Shown: positions 9,233 to 18,539 of the stretch, piece after piece
How the letters are laid out: the number at the start of each line of letters is the position of its first letter
Numbering within the stretch: the stretch's first letter is position 1
NCBI GenBank assembly: GCA_038143065.1
Contig: JAYQLI010000035.1
Location: 1,504,894 to 1,568,893, forward strand
Source of the DNA: Rhodospirillales bacterium
GTDB taxonomy: Bacteria; Pseudomonadota; Alphaproteobacteria; Bin95
Reading direction: 5' to 3'
Length of the DNA stretch: 64,000 bases
Notes under the pieces: model-generated
What the model was told of the DNA's origin: nothing
Seen by the model: only the letters and a program-made list of their open reading frames with translations
Databases searched by the model: none
Position numbers and translations under genes: made by a program

Positions 9233-11461
9233 TCATTCTTCTGAATCTTCACTCTTTAAGAAGTTTCGAATTACGTTTTCGATCATTCGGCTCACGTTAT
9301 TGTCCCCACCATTCCAAGGCAGGCTGCCAGTAAACGTTATAGACCCTGTAGAGAATACTCCCCCACCTTCTGGGGTATCGAAGTAAATTATATCGGCTCG
9401 GATTAAATCTTCCGGTCGACCACCTGGGGGCTGCGCCGATCTAGGAACAGTATCGACGTGTGTGAGCTGTTCCTCATGAACAAGCACGAAGTGCGCTTGG
9501 TGAGCTTCAGAAGACGCTAATACGACTGCATTCGGTGGAGTGCCCAACATAGAGTCAGCACGGTCAAGTTCGTAACCCGCAGCTCCTCCACCGGAGAAAC
9601 CAAAATCACCTATGAATTCATCATTGATGCCTTCAAAGATCCAAGCATATTTTTTGTCGTAAGACGCAGGCTTACGTCGGTAATAGCTACCTTGAAAAAG
9701 TCCCTGACTGGTGAACCCTAAACCTACTAACGACTGAGGCGGTTTCCCACTTCTTCGCCAAAGACCACCATATGCTCCATCGAAGGCGTTCCAGTACTCC
9801 CCGGGATCTGAAGCCCAAGCCCTAATACCGCCTTCTGCTCGGCGAATTTCATAGACACCATCTATTTGTTTATGGCGTGCAATTCTCCAATAAAATCCAT
9901 TTCCTCCAAGGTAAAGCAAACGGCCGCCCAGCCTATGCGCATAATCAAAAAAGGCTTGGCGACTTTCTTGCGTGTGGTATTCAGGATGAGAGGCTGTAGC
10001 GACGGCCTTGTAGCCCTCAAGGGCCGATGCACCCTCCTTATCAAGGTCTTCATCCGTTAAAATGTCATAGTCGATCCCCTTAGACTCTAGCCACTGTACA
10101 ATGTGCAAATCGGTTGGAAGATGACGAAGACCAGAAGCAGCAAAACTGTTTGCAATTGAAATATAGCCAGGTCGCATATTTAAGATCGGTCGCAATCGAG
10201 TTGTGTGACAGATACCACTTCCATCATTGTGAAAGTTGTATGTGGAAAGCCCAAAATCGGGGTATTGGTCTGGCGTCCAAGGTCGTGCCGCCCACGAATT
10301 TGCTTTAGCGAGATAACCTTCAGTCGTATTGCCCCGCGCATGGTTGGCATAGATCACATATGTAAAGGTGGGTATTACCAGACAAAAATCCGCCTGTTGT
10401 TCTCCTCTACGCGGACGCACAAAAAATGGGATAAAGTCTTCATCCGATCCCAAACAAAGACGAGCTGCGTAGACACCACTCTTGATACCGTCGGGTAATT
10501 TGAACTGAAAATCAGTTTCCCATTTGCAGTCATCGATATCATCATCATGGAAATGAATGGCACCATATTCTTTTGGCCGTTGTTGCCAATTCATCTCCTG
10601 TCCCGACCACTTGGAACCCGTCATTCCACGCGTAGGAAGGTTTATGATACGACCATGTAGTCCAAGCTTGCCCATATCCATAATCTCTAGGCCTGAGATA
10701 TTTCGGCTAAAATCCCAAGATGCAAGAATATCGGTATTGAATTTCTCTAGTGACAAACTGCTACTCGGTTCTGCAGTGAGGGCAGTTTTTTGAATGGTTG
10801 GCTGCTCAATTTTCCCATTAAAACAAGTTTGGGGCCCTTCAGCATCTAAAGAAGCGATCAGAAGATCCGTATTGCCGTCGCCCCCTGGCGAACTAATCGT
10901 GACCTTGGCGACACCGTCAGCATCTACTCCATATTCTGGATGTATTTGAAACTGACCGACAGTTAACGCTGCTGCTTCACTATCATAGGAGCACCAAACA
11001 CACGCCCAGCGTCGCTCTCTTAAATGCTTACCAACATTTACTCTGGTTTCGGTGCCATCCGCATGCACCAATCTTGCTTCAGCACCATTTGGGCCAATGA
11101 CTAGAGCAAAACCACCACGAGCATCTATTTTGGCCATAACACCTTGCTCTGGTTTGTCTGGTGTTGTTGGCCATATCAGAGCCGATAATGTGAATGATTT
11201 TAGATCTTTGAGTGCCTCACCAGTATCAACGTTTGCATAAGAGCCAAGCTTTACTCTTTGGAAGCGAGATGGATATGTCCGATCTACAACAGACGGAATA
11301 TGTGCGAATTGGATCACCGGGCTCAGCGGGTTTGGGTCTCCAGAAATCAATCGAACAATACTTGCTCGATAGTCTTGATCTCCAGCACTTGAGACCTTGA
11401 ACGAAATAACCTCCCCAGGGGCGCCTGTTAAATTATCCGCATAACCAATAATAGGTATCAT
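9233..11461 (-). CDS. N,N-dimethylformamidase large-subunit family protein (DmfA2-like, with LamG-like insert)
   Basis: Full length 742 aa; YGAIHFHDDD, YANH, GLSTYNFHNDGSG, SHPEYH, YLGGNGFYW, GGGAAGYELD, VFSTGSI. Confidence 0.88.
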   Translation of the reverse strand: MIPIIGYADNLTGAPGEVISFKVSSAGDQDYRASIVRLISGDPNPLSPVIQFAHIPSVVDRTYPSRFQRVKLGSYANVDTGEALKDLKSFTLSALIWPTTPDKPEQGVMAKIDARGGFALVIGPNGAEARLVHADGTETRVNVGKHLRERRWACVWCSYDSEAAALTVGQFQIHPEYGVDADGVAKVTISSPGGDGNTDLLIASLDAEGPQTCFNGKIEQPTIQKTALTAEPSSSLSLEKFNTDILASWDFSRNISGLEIMDMGKLGLHGRIINLPTRGMTGSKWSGQEMNWQQRPKEYGAIHFHDDDIDDCKWETDFQFKLPDGIKSGVYAARLCLGSDEDFIPFFVRPRRGEQQADFCLVIPTFTYVIYANHARGNTTEGYLAKANSWAARPWTPDQYPDFGLSTYNFHNDGSGICHTTRLRPILNMRPGYISIANSFAASGLRHLPTDLHIVQWLESKGIDYDILTDEDLDKEGASALEGYKAVATASHPEYHTQESRQAFFDYAHRLGGRLLYLGGNGFYWRIARHKQIDGVYEIRRAEGGIRAWASDPGEYWNAFDGAYGGLWRRSGKPPQSLVGLGFTSQGLFQGSYYRRKPASYDKKYAWIFEGINDEFIGDFGFSGGGAAGYELDRADSMLGTPPNAVVLASSEAHQAHFVLVHEEQLTHVDTVPRSAQPPGGRPEDLIRADIIYFDTPEGGGVFSTGSITFTGSLPWNGGDNNVSRMIENVIRNFLKSEDSEE

Positions 11462-11556
11462 CTGCCTCGAAGACCTCTTTGAAGGTGCAAGAAAGTTTTT
11501 TAGTTTAAGACATCTTCAGCCACCACGCTGTCCACCGCAAGGAATAGGAAGCCCAA

Positions 11557-12693
11557 ATGATGACTTTTGATCTTGTGATTCGAGGCGGTCGAGTAATCGA
11601 CCCTGCAAATGGTCTAGATCAAACTACGGATATTGCTTTTAAAGCAGGTAAGGTTGCCGCAATTGGAAGTGATGCCGATGGCAGTGCAAGTGAAGTAATT
11701 CATGCTGAAGGCCTACTCGTTACGCCTGGTCTGATAGACCTTCACACCCATATTTATTGGGGGGGAACGTCTCTTGGAGTAGACCCAGACACGTATATGT
11801 CAAAAACCGGATGCACGACCCTTGTAGATGCAGGTAGTGCAGGTCCTGCAAATTTTCACGGTTTTCGCAGTCACATAGTCGAACCGGCTAAGTCACGTGT
11901 TCTAGCTTACATCAATGCCAGCTTTGCCGGCATTTTTGCCTTTAGTCCTGCCGTGATGGTTGGGGAATCTGGTGATATACGGCTTCTGAACCCAAATGAA
12001 GTCGTCCGGGTAGCCAAAGAACACAGTGATATAATTGTAGGTGTAAAGGTACGCGTAGGTCTTGTGGCATCGGATGGCATAGGAGCGGCACCATTAGATA
12101 TCGCTATTGAGGCAGCGGACGCACTAGGTCTGCCTGTAATGGCGCATCTCGATAATCCCCCGCCATCACGCACTGAAGTATTATCGCGAATGAGACCGGG
12201 AGATGTTTTAACTCATTGCTATCGGCCATTCCCCGCTGCACCTACTCGCGCCAGTGGAGAGGTACGTGATGAAATTCTAGAAGCACGTGAGAGAGGAATT
12301 ATCTTTGATATTGGCCACGGCAAGGGGTCATTTTGCTGGGATGTAGCCGGAGCAATGCTTGATGCAGGCTTGCCTCCTCACAGTATTTCATCCGACGTTC
12401 ACATGATGTCTGCCGAAGGGCCCGCATTCGACCAATTAGTTACCCTCTCAAAGTTTCTCCATCTAGGAATGGATATTCCCGAGATAATCAGAGCATCAAC
12501 AATAGGTCCCGCAGAGGCTATTGGGCGACCAGAGCTTGGCAGCATAACTGTTGGGTATCCTGGCGATGTGACATTACTGAGGGTGGACGAAGGTGCATTC
12601 CCGCTTACCGACGCCAATGGTGTCACAGTAGAGGCGCGCCGACGCTTTGGCCTTGCAGGTTTTGTCCGGAATGGCGAGTGGTACAGAGGCTAA
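11557..12693 (+). CDS. Metal-dependent amidohydrolase/deacetylase (COG3964, dihydroorotase-like)
   Basis: PGLIDLHTH, DAGSAG, VGVKVR (carboxylated Lys), LTHCY, FDIGHG, ISSDVH. Confidence 0.88.
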   Translation: MMTFDLVIRGGRVIDPANGLDQTTDIAFKAGKVAAIGSDADGSASEVIHAEGLLVTPGLIDLHTHIYWGGTSLGVDPDTYMSKTGCTTLVDAGSAGPANFHGFRSHIVEPAKSRVLAYINASFAGIFAFSPAVMVGESGDIRLLNPNEVVRVAKEHSDIIVGVKVRVGLVASDGIGAAPLDIAIEAADALGLPVMAHLDNPPPSRTEVLSRMRPGDVLTHCYRPFPAAPTRASGEVRDEILEARERGIIFDIGHGKGSFCWDVAGAMLDAGLPPHSISSDVHMMSAEGPAFDQLVTLSKFLHLGMDIPEIIRASTIGPAEAIGRPELGSITVGYPGDVTLLRVDEGAFPLTDANGVTVEARRRFGLAGFVRNGEWYRG

Positions 12694-12860
12694 ACTACCC
12701 ATTGGCTTGCAAGATGAGGCTTTTGCTGATGGCAGACCCTCTTTTTAGATCTGGGTTAGGTCAAAAAAACACCCCTCCGTAAAAGCAACTTAACATACGC
12801 TTAAAAGCGAAAGTCATTCGTGCTCAAGGCATCTACACGAGCGTCAAATATTAGCGGAGA

Positions 12861-13187
12861 TTAATCGTCCCGTTCCGCGTGGTGTGTGATGCTTGGATCT
12901 TTTTGTTCAATTCGTTTTCTAATATCTCGTATGTGATCAAAATCGTATGATTTGTATCGCAATTCCTCTGCCCGACTGTTCACCCACTCTTCACGCACAT
13001 CGGCAGTACTAGCAAAGAAGAAATGCACGGCTAAAAAAATTGACCACACGGCTATTGGCCAAAATATTGGCCAAGCAAAACCTAAAACCACGGTGAAGAA
13101 AAACCCTAGAATTGAGACCACAACAAACACCGACAAATGCCGGCTAAAACCCATTGCTCTTGGAATTTTTCTAGGACTTTCGGACAT
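12861..13187 (-). CDS. Hypothetical two-TM membrane protein (2TM-like)
   Basis: GFSRHLSVF..WPIAVWSIFLAVHF hydrophobic pair followed by a charged tail; 5 bp from the upstream gene. Confidence 0.7.
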   Translation of the reverse strand: MSESPRKIPRAMGFSRHLSVFVVVSILGFFFTVVLGFAWPIFWPIAVWSIFLAVHFFFASTADVREEWVNSRAEELRYKSYDFDHIRDIRKRIEQKDPSITHHAERDD

Positions 13188-13192
13188 ACTTT

Positions 13193-13675
13193 TTACTTAA
13201 AAAGACGACGTCGGCGCGGCGGAAGTGTTTCAGGTTCGGGTATATCTGGATAAGCACGCGCAATGCTTATCAGACGAGGCATATAAATTAATGTGAGAAT
13301 AAATAATCCTGCCACTATGATGCTGTCTACGCGCACCCGACCGCCATCAAAGCCGTAAAAAAGAACAAACGCTAACCCGGCAAGGGGCGCCAAAGCCAAC
13401 CAAAGAACAGCCCATACAACCTTTGCATAGTTGAAGATGATTGCAGCCGACACAACGGTAAAAGCATATAGACCAGCAAGGGGAGACCGCCCAATCATCG
13501 ATACGTCCGTTAACGCAGCAAGAGCTACAACGGCGAAGATAATCCCCACAAACATGCAAAACGCAAAAATTTCATGGTCAGCTTGGTACCGATTGAGCTT
13601 GGACACCGGCGTAAAATACGGGGTTGTGTTATTATCCCATACGTAGCGCTTAAAAAGACTTTCCCAGTCAAGCAA
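13193..13675 (-). CDS. Hypothetical 4-TM membrane protein
   Basis: Four hydrophobic segments; AGGAG RBS before the TTG start; N-terminus KRYVWDNNTTPYF. Confidence 0.75.
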   Translation of the reverse strand: MLDWESLFKRYVWDNNTTPYFTPVSKLNRYQADHEIFAFCMFVGIIFAVVALAALTDVSMIGRSPLAGLYAFTVVSAAIIFNYAKVVWAVLWLALAPLAGLAFVLFYGFDGGRVRVDSIIVAGLFILTLIYMPRLISIARAYPDIPEPETLPPRRRRLFK

Positions 13676-13714
13676 GGGTCAAACACTCCTAATTCTTTGG
13701 ACCATACTAAACGC

Positions 13715-13752
13715 AGAGAGGGCGGCAATCAGTATTGACCACCGCCCTCTCT
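13715..13752 (-). terminator. GC-rich stem-loop after dctQ (weak terminator or mRNA-stabilising hairpin)
   Basis: AGAGAGGGCGG...CCGCCCTCTCT 11-bp perfect stem; no clear U tract. Confidence 0.55.
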
Positions 13753-13784
13753 AATTTAGTGGCAAACAATGCCAATTCTAGACG

Positions 13785-14582
13785 TCAAAACGTACCTGTT
13801 TCTTTGATACGCTGAGCACGAACCTCGAGTTGGTCGTCAACCTTGTCGAGATCAAGCCTTTCCTTGCCTTCGATCATATCGCCGGCTTCTTCAGGCCATT
13901 CTTGCGTAGATAAAGGGAAACGCCAGTGTTGAGGTTTAAAGAGCGCATAAAACATTTCAAGCCAAACGCCAATGCCAGCTAATACCACCGTTACGAAACC
14001 AAACACCATCACGCTCTTGATAATCCAACGATGGGAAAGTCCAACGAGAGAGGCAGATACCTCTCCGCACTCGTACCAAGCACAGGCCGCATCTCTGTTC
14101 GTCGACCAAGAGTCGATGACATAAACAGCGGAGAAGTACGTAATGATGGCGCAGAATGGCAACAGAAAGAATGTGATACCTAGAAACTCGATCCAAACCT
14201 TCTTCCTAAATGCTAGATTCTCACGGACAAGGTCCACACGGACATGCGTGTTCCAGATGTATCCATAAGCCAACACCAAAACAAACAGGACTGTATGCGA
14301 GTGCCACTCAAGTTCTTGTAAAAGAGTGGATCCAAAATATGGACTTACATTCTCGACCAGATAAATCTGAATGCCGCCCATTTTCCTAATTCCAAGATCG
14401 AATGCCGTGATCAAGATCAACGGCATTGCAAACCAAGAACCAAATCGGCCAACGACGTCTACAAACTTCCTAATTTTACCAGCGAGCCGAAGCCCAACGG
14501 GCATTTGCGCATCGGTTAAATGGAGAAGTTCCTGCTGATCCGCAGAGGATACCGCTTCGTTCATATTTCTTCCTTCCGCCAA
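13785..14582 (-). CDS. dctQ: TRAP transporter small permease DctQ
   Basis: QELEWH, HVRVDLV, GEVSA..GL.HRWIIKS motifs. Confidence 0.9.
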   Translation of the reverse strand: MAEGRNMNEAVSSADQQELLHLTDAQMPVGLRLAGKIRKFVDVVGRFGSWFAMPLILITAFDLGIRKMGGIQIYLVENVSPYFGSTLLQELEWHSHTVLFVLVLAYGYIWNTHVRVDLVRENLAFRKKVWIEFLGITFFLLPFCAIITYFSAVYVIDSWSTNRDAACAWYECGEVSASLVGLSHRWIIKSVMVFGFVTVVLAGIGVWLEMFYALFKPQHWRFPLSTQEWPEEAGDMIEGKERLDLDKVDDQLEVRAQRIKETGTF

Positions 14583-16085
14583 TCAGTAGTCGTAGACTGA
14601 TTTCATCAGCCAGAGCGAGACATTCGGGTGCCAGATAACAAGGGCTAGACCAGCGAGCTGAAGCAGCACAAAAGGAATGATACCCTTGTAGATTGATTGG
14701 ATACGCACTTCCTTAGGCGCTATACCTTTCATGTAGAAAAGCGCAAACCCAAACGGCGGTGTTAGGAATGACGTCTGCAAGTTGATTGCCATGAGGATAA
14801 GGAACCAGAAGGTTACATCCTTCGAAGCAACGTGGTCACCAAAATCCAGGCCTGCCACAAGAGGAGCAAAAACAGGCAACACGATAAGTGTTATCTCAAT
14901 CCAATCGAGGAAAAAGCCTAACATAAATGTTATGCCCATTAGCAGGAACAATAACTGCCAAGAGGTCAGTCCAGCAGACGTAATGAGATGCTCTACAATG
15001 TCATCGCCTCCAAGAGAACGATACACATAAGCAAAACACGTCGCTGCAACGATGATGAAGAAAATCATCGCAATCGTGCGGGCAGATGTATGGCAAACAC
15101 CTTGCAGCAGCTCGAAGGTTAGTCTGCGATTAAATATCGCGAGTATAAGGGTTCCAAAAGCACCTACTGCGCCTGCTTCAGATGGTGTGGCAATCCCGAA
15201 CAGAATTGAACCCTTGATCATGAAGATCAAAATAACAGGCGGCAAGAAGCTCTTAAAAATCATCTTTGGATATTGATTAAGAGGAACATGAAGAAGGTCT
15301 GGGGGTAATGGAGGCGCTTGCTTCGGGTTAAAAGTAGAAAAAAGAACTACGAAAAGCAGGTAAAAGCCAGCTAGCATCAATCCAGGTAAGATCGCTGCCA
15401 TGAACATGTTGCCGACAGAAACCGCCATCAGATCCGCCATAATAATAAGCATGATCGATGGGGGAATAAGAATACCTAGGGTTCCAGAGGCTGCGATACA
15501 GCCCGTTGCTAGCGAGTGACTATATCCCTGACGTATCATGGTTGGGAGCGCCAATGCGGTCATCATCGTCACAGATGCACCAATAATCCCAGTCATGGCT
15601 GCGAGCACTGTACCCATAACAACAACGGCCAACGCCAAGCTACCAGGCACTTTCTTCAAAAGCACCTGTACGCAGTAGAGCAAGTCATTGGCAACACCAG
15701 ACCGCTCCATCATGACGCCCATGAAGACAAATGCAGGAATGGATACAAGAACTAAGTTTTCGGCCCCATTAAACCAAATACGGGGCATAAAATTAAAAAA
15801 CTCAATCAGCGAGAACATGCCGAGTAGATAGCCGAGTATCCCATAGACGAAGGACAGACCTCCGAGAATAAATGCCACCGGGAAACCCGTAAATAACAGG
15901 GCAGCCAAAGAGAAAAACATAAAAATTGGAAGGAAGTCTTGCACAAAATACAAGAGGTCCTTCTGACCGTCTGGCGATAGATTCAAAATGTAAGCGTAAG
16001 CGATACCAATGACCGCCAACACCACCAAAAGAAACGTAAGGCCAGGATTACGGCGAATGCCCGATGCTATAGCTTCCATCGACAA
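14583..16085 (-). CDS. dctM: TRAP transporter large permease DctM
   Basis: GFPVAFILGG, ASGTLGILIPPS, NLQTSFLTPPFGFALFY. Confidence 0.95.
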   Translation of the reverse strand: MSMEAIASGIRRNPGLTFLLVVLAVIGIAYAYILNLSPDGQKDLLYFVQDFLPIFMFFSLAALLFTGFPVAFILGGLSFVYGILGYLLGMFSLIEFFNFMPRIWFNGAENLVLVSIPAFVFMGVMMERSGVANDLLYCVQVLLKKVPGSLALAVVVMGTVLAAMTGIIGASVTMMTALALPTMIRQGYSHSLATGCIAASGTLGILIPPSIMLIIMADLMAVSVGNMFMAAILPGLMLAGFYLLFVVLFSTFNPKQAPPLPPDLLHVPLNQYPKMIFKSFLPPVILIFMIKGSILFGIATPSEAGAVGAFGTLILAIFNRRLTFELLQGVCHTSARTIAMIFFIIVAATCFAYVYRSLGGDDIVEHLITSAGLTSWQLLFLLMGITFMLGFFLDWIEITLIVLPVFAPLVAGLDFGDHVASKDVTFWFLILMAINLQTSFLTPPFGFALFYMKGIAPKEVRIQSIYKGIIPFVLLQLAGLALVIWHPNVSLWLMKSVYDY

Positions 16086-16112
16086 AACCTTAATTAGAAA
16101 ATTTTATAAAAC

Positions 16113-16204
16113 GCAGCTGTAAAGCTGCTTGCATACGGGACGCTAAGAATACGCTCTTAGCGTCCCTGAATGCGAAGACGGCACTCCCTAGAAACGGAGT
16201 GCCG
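16113..16204 (-). terminator. Three consecutive hairpins between dctP and dctM
   Basis: GCAGCT..AGCTGC (16113-16128), GGGACGCTAAGA..TCTTAGCGTCCC (16137-16166), CGGCACTCC..GGAGTGCCG (16179-16204). Confidence 0.65.
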
Positions 16205-16215
16205 CCTAAACCACC

Positions 16216-17277
16216 TTATTTAAGATAGGTTGCTTGCATGCTTTGAGCAGCACCCCACTTTGCGTAGGACTTACGGAAAGCAAGATAACTATCAGCAACT
16301 TCCTTGAATTTGGCATCCTTAGCGGAGTCCTCTTTCAAGACGTCGAGCCAAGCCTGCTCGAATACTGCGAGCTGGTCATCTCTCCAACGCATGGTCTTCA
16401 CACCATACTTGGTGCCCATTTCGACCATAGCGCCTGGGTTAACAGCTTCGGTTTCAGCATAAGTGTTGTGAATGCTTTCACCGCAAGCCACTTCGAGCAC
16501 ACGACGCTGCGCATCGTTGAGGCCCTTCCACTTATCCATGTTGATCAAGATCTGGCTAACCGAAGTTTGCTGGTGCCAACCTGGGAAGTAGTTGTACTTA
16601 GCGATCTGATAGAAGCCGTATTTGATGTCCATTGCTGGCATCGAGAATTCGGTTGCGTCGATAACGCCCTTCTCAAGAGCTGGGAAGATGTCGCCACCAG
16701 CAAGGAGCTGGGTTGAAACACCAATCTTCTGCATGACGCGAGCGCCAAGACCGAAGAAGCGCATTTTCATACCACGAAGTTCATCGAGCTCTTTGATTTC
16801 CTTACGGAACCAACCTGAGGTCTCTGGGCCAATCGCAAAACAGTCCATCTGGTGGATGTTGTTATCAGCATACCACTTCTGCTGGATTTGGTTTCCGCCA
16901 CCGTAAACTTTCCATGCGAAATATTCGCCGTAGCTTGGGCCGAATGGAACAGAGGTGAAGAATGCAAGGAACGGAGCCTTACCAACGTCGTAACCAGCTG
17001 TTGTCCAGGCTGCTTCAAGAGAGCCCTTTGATGTAGCATCAAAGCCTTCGTTAGCAGGCACAAGCGCACCTGGCTCGAAGAACTTCAGCTGCATCTCGCC
17101 GCCAGTCATATCATTGATGGTCTTAGAATAACGGACCGCAGAAGTACCGAGATGAGGTACAGCAGAACCCCATGCACTGTGTAATTTCCAGCGAACCCGG
17201 TCAGCCTGAGCAGACGTCGCGGCTAGCGCGATGGCCGCTGCGGCCGAAACCAGACCGATTTTGGTCGAAAGTTTCAT
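16216..17277 (-). CDS. dctP: TRAP substrate-binding protein DctP (TakP/monocarboxylate-keto acid type)
   Basis: Signal peptide ending AQA; FEPGALVP, GWFRKEI, MRFFGLG, ALEKGVIDATEF, YFPGWHQ; GGGAGG RBS. Confidence 0.93.
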   Translation of the reverse strand: MKLSTKIGLVSAAAAIALAATSAQADRVRWKLHSAWGSAVPHLGTSAVRYSKTINDMTGGEMQLKFFEPGALVPANEGFDATSKGSLEAAWTTAGYDVGKAPFLAFFTSVPFGPSYGEYFAWKVYGGGNQIQQKWYADNNIHQMDCFAIGPETSGWFRKEIKELDELRGMKMRFFGLGARVMQKIGVSTQLLAGGDIFPALEKGVIDATEFSMPAMDIKYGFYQIAKYNYFPGWHQQTSVSQILINMDKWKGLNDAQRRVLEVACGESIHNTYAETEAVNPGAMVEMGTKYGVKTMRWRDDQLAVFEQAWLDVLKEDSAKDAKFKEVADSYLAFRKSYAKWGAAQSMQATYLK

Positions 17278-17439
17278 TTAATTCCTCCCTGAGGATTTTT
17301 GGTTTAAGGTTCGCAACATACCCGCCTAATATACCATCAGGCAAGAGCTTCTTGACGCACCCCTTGAAAGAACACTTAACCACTACAAAGAAACACGAAT
17401 TTTTTCTTTTGTCCAAGAAGCCTTTAAACGAAATTTTTC

Positions 17440-18207
17440 TTATCGTGGTGCCATTCTAATTGCCCCATCAAGCCTAATGACTTCACCATTTAAATAATCA
17501 TTGCGAATTATTTCCATGGCTAGCGATCCATATTCTGAAGGATGGCCGGTACGCTTTGGAAATGGCACTTGACCACCCAAAAGATCTAGGGTCGCCTCCG
17601 GTAATCCCATCAAAAGTGGAGTTAACATAATGCCAGGAGCAATAGTGCAAACGCGGATACCATGACTTGATAGGTCTCGGGCAGATTGAACCGTTAAACC
17701 AATCACACCCCCCTTTGAGGCAGTATAGGCAGCCTGCCCCACCTGCCCCTCGTAACCCGCTACACTTGCAGTGTTAACAATAACACCCTTAAGACCATCT
17801 TCAGTATTTGCCTCTAAGGAGGCCATATCCGCTGCCGCAAGGCGCAAAACGTTAAATGTACCAATTAGGTTAACCTCAATAATTTGCCGGAAGTGGTCTA
17901 GGTCCATTGGAGCGCCTTGTCGGTCAACGATGCGCACAGATCCACCAATGCCAGCACAATTCACACAAACTCTGGCGACACCATGAGCTTCTCGCGCTTT
18001 AGAGAGAGCGGCAGCAACCGAATCTGGATCAGTGACATCAGCTGGCGCTGCAAGAGCACCTATCTCTTGGGCCGTTGCCGCGACTAGATCTGCATTTCGG
18101 TCAATTAGCGCAACCCTAGCACCTGCAGCCACGAGAGTCTCTGCGGTCGCCCGACCCAAACCGGAGGCACCACCGGTCACAATCGCTGCTTCACCCTTTA
18201 CATCCAC
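17440..18207 (-). CDS. SDR, 3-hydroxyacyl-CoA dehydrogenase type 2 (HSD10-like)
   Basis: TGGASGLG, NTASVA.EGQVGQAAYTASKGG, YLNGEVIRLDGAIRM; GTG start after GGGGAG. Confidence 0.9.
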   Translation of the reverse strand: MDVKGEAAIVTGGASGLGRATAETLVAAGARVALIDRNADLVAATAQEIGALAAPADVTDPDSVAAALSKAREAHGVARVCVNCAGIGGSVRIVDRQGAPMDLDHFRQIIEVNLIGTFNVLRLAAADMASLEANTEDGLKGVIVNTASVAGYEGQVGQAAYTASKGGVIGLTVQSARDLSSHGIRVCTIAPGIMLTPLLMGLPEATLDLLGGQVPFPKRTGHPSEYGSLAMEIIRNDYLNGEVIRLDGAIRMAPR

Positions 18208-18340
18208 TTTTAATTCTCCCCTTAAAAATATCTGGCGTTTGCCTGCTAAAACGTCGTAACAAATCGATGCAAGCAAGAACAAGAAAAATCCGCTTCACCA
18301 TTGCCTGCATACCTCCCATGGATTAGTCACGGTGCAGTCT

Positions 18341-18508
18341 ATGCCTAAAAGCGAAAACGAGAAGTCCGCAATCCATATCCCCCGATGGGGCATTTTTGGT
18401 AGCGCGGCTATTATTTTGGCTACAGCAATAGCGGCACCTTTCTATAAGCAAACGGCCGAAACACTGCTTTGGGTGGGGGAAACACTTAAAACTTTGTGTG
18501 GTTGGTAA
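18341..18508 (+). CDS. Small 55-aa single-TM protein, not in the ORF track
   Basis: Translated by hand: MPKSENEKSAIHIPRWGIFGSAAIILATAIAAPFYKQTAETLLWVGETLKTLCGW*; fills the gap and ends 31 bp before the MFS gene. Confidence 0.55.
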   Translation: MPKSENEKSAIHIPRWGIFGSAAIILATAIAAPFYKQTAETLLWVGETLKTLCGW

Positions 18509-18539
18509 CCTTTTTTTGTCTCGGACTGGAACAAGATCA

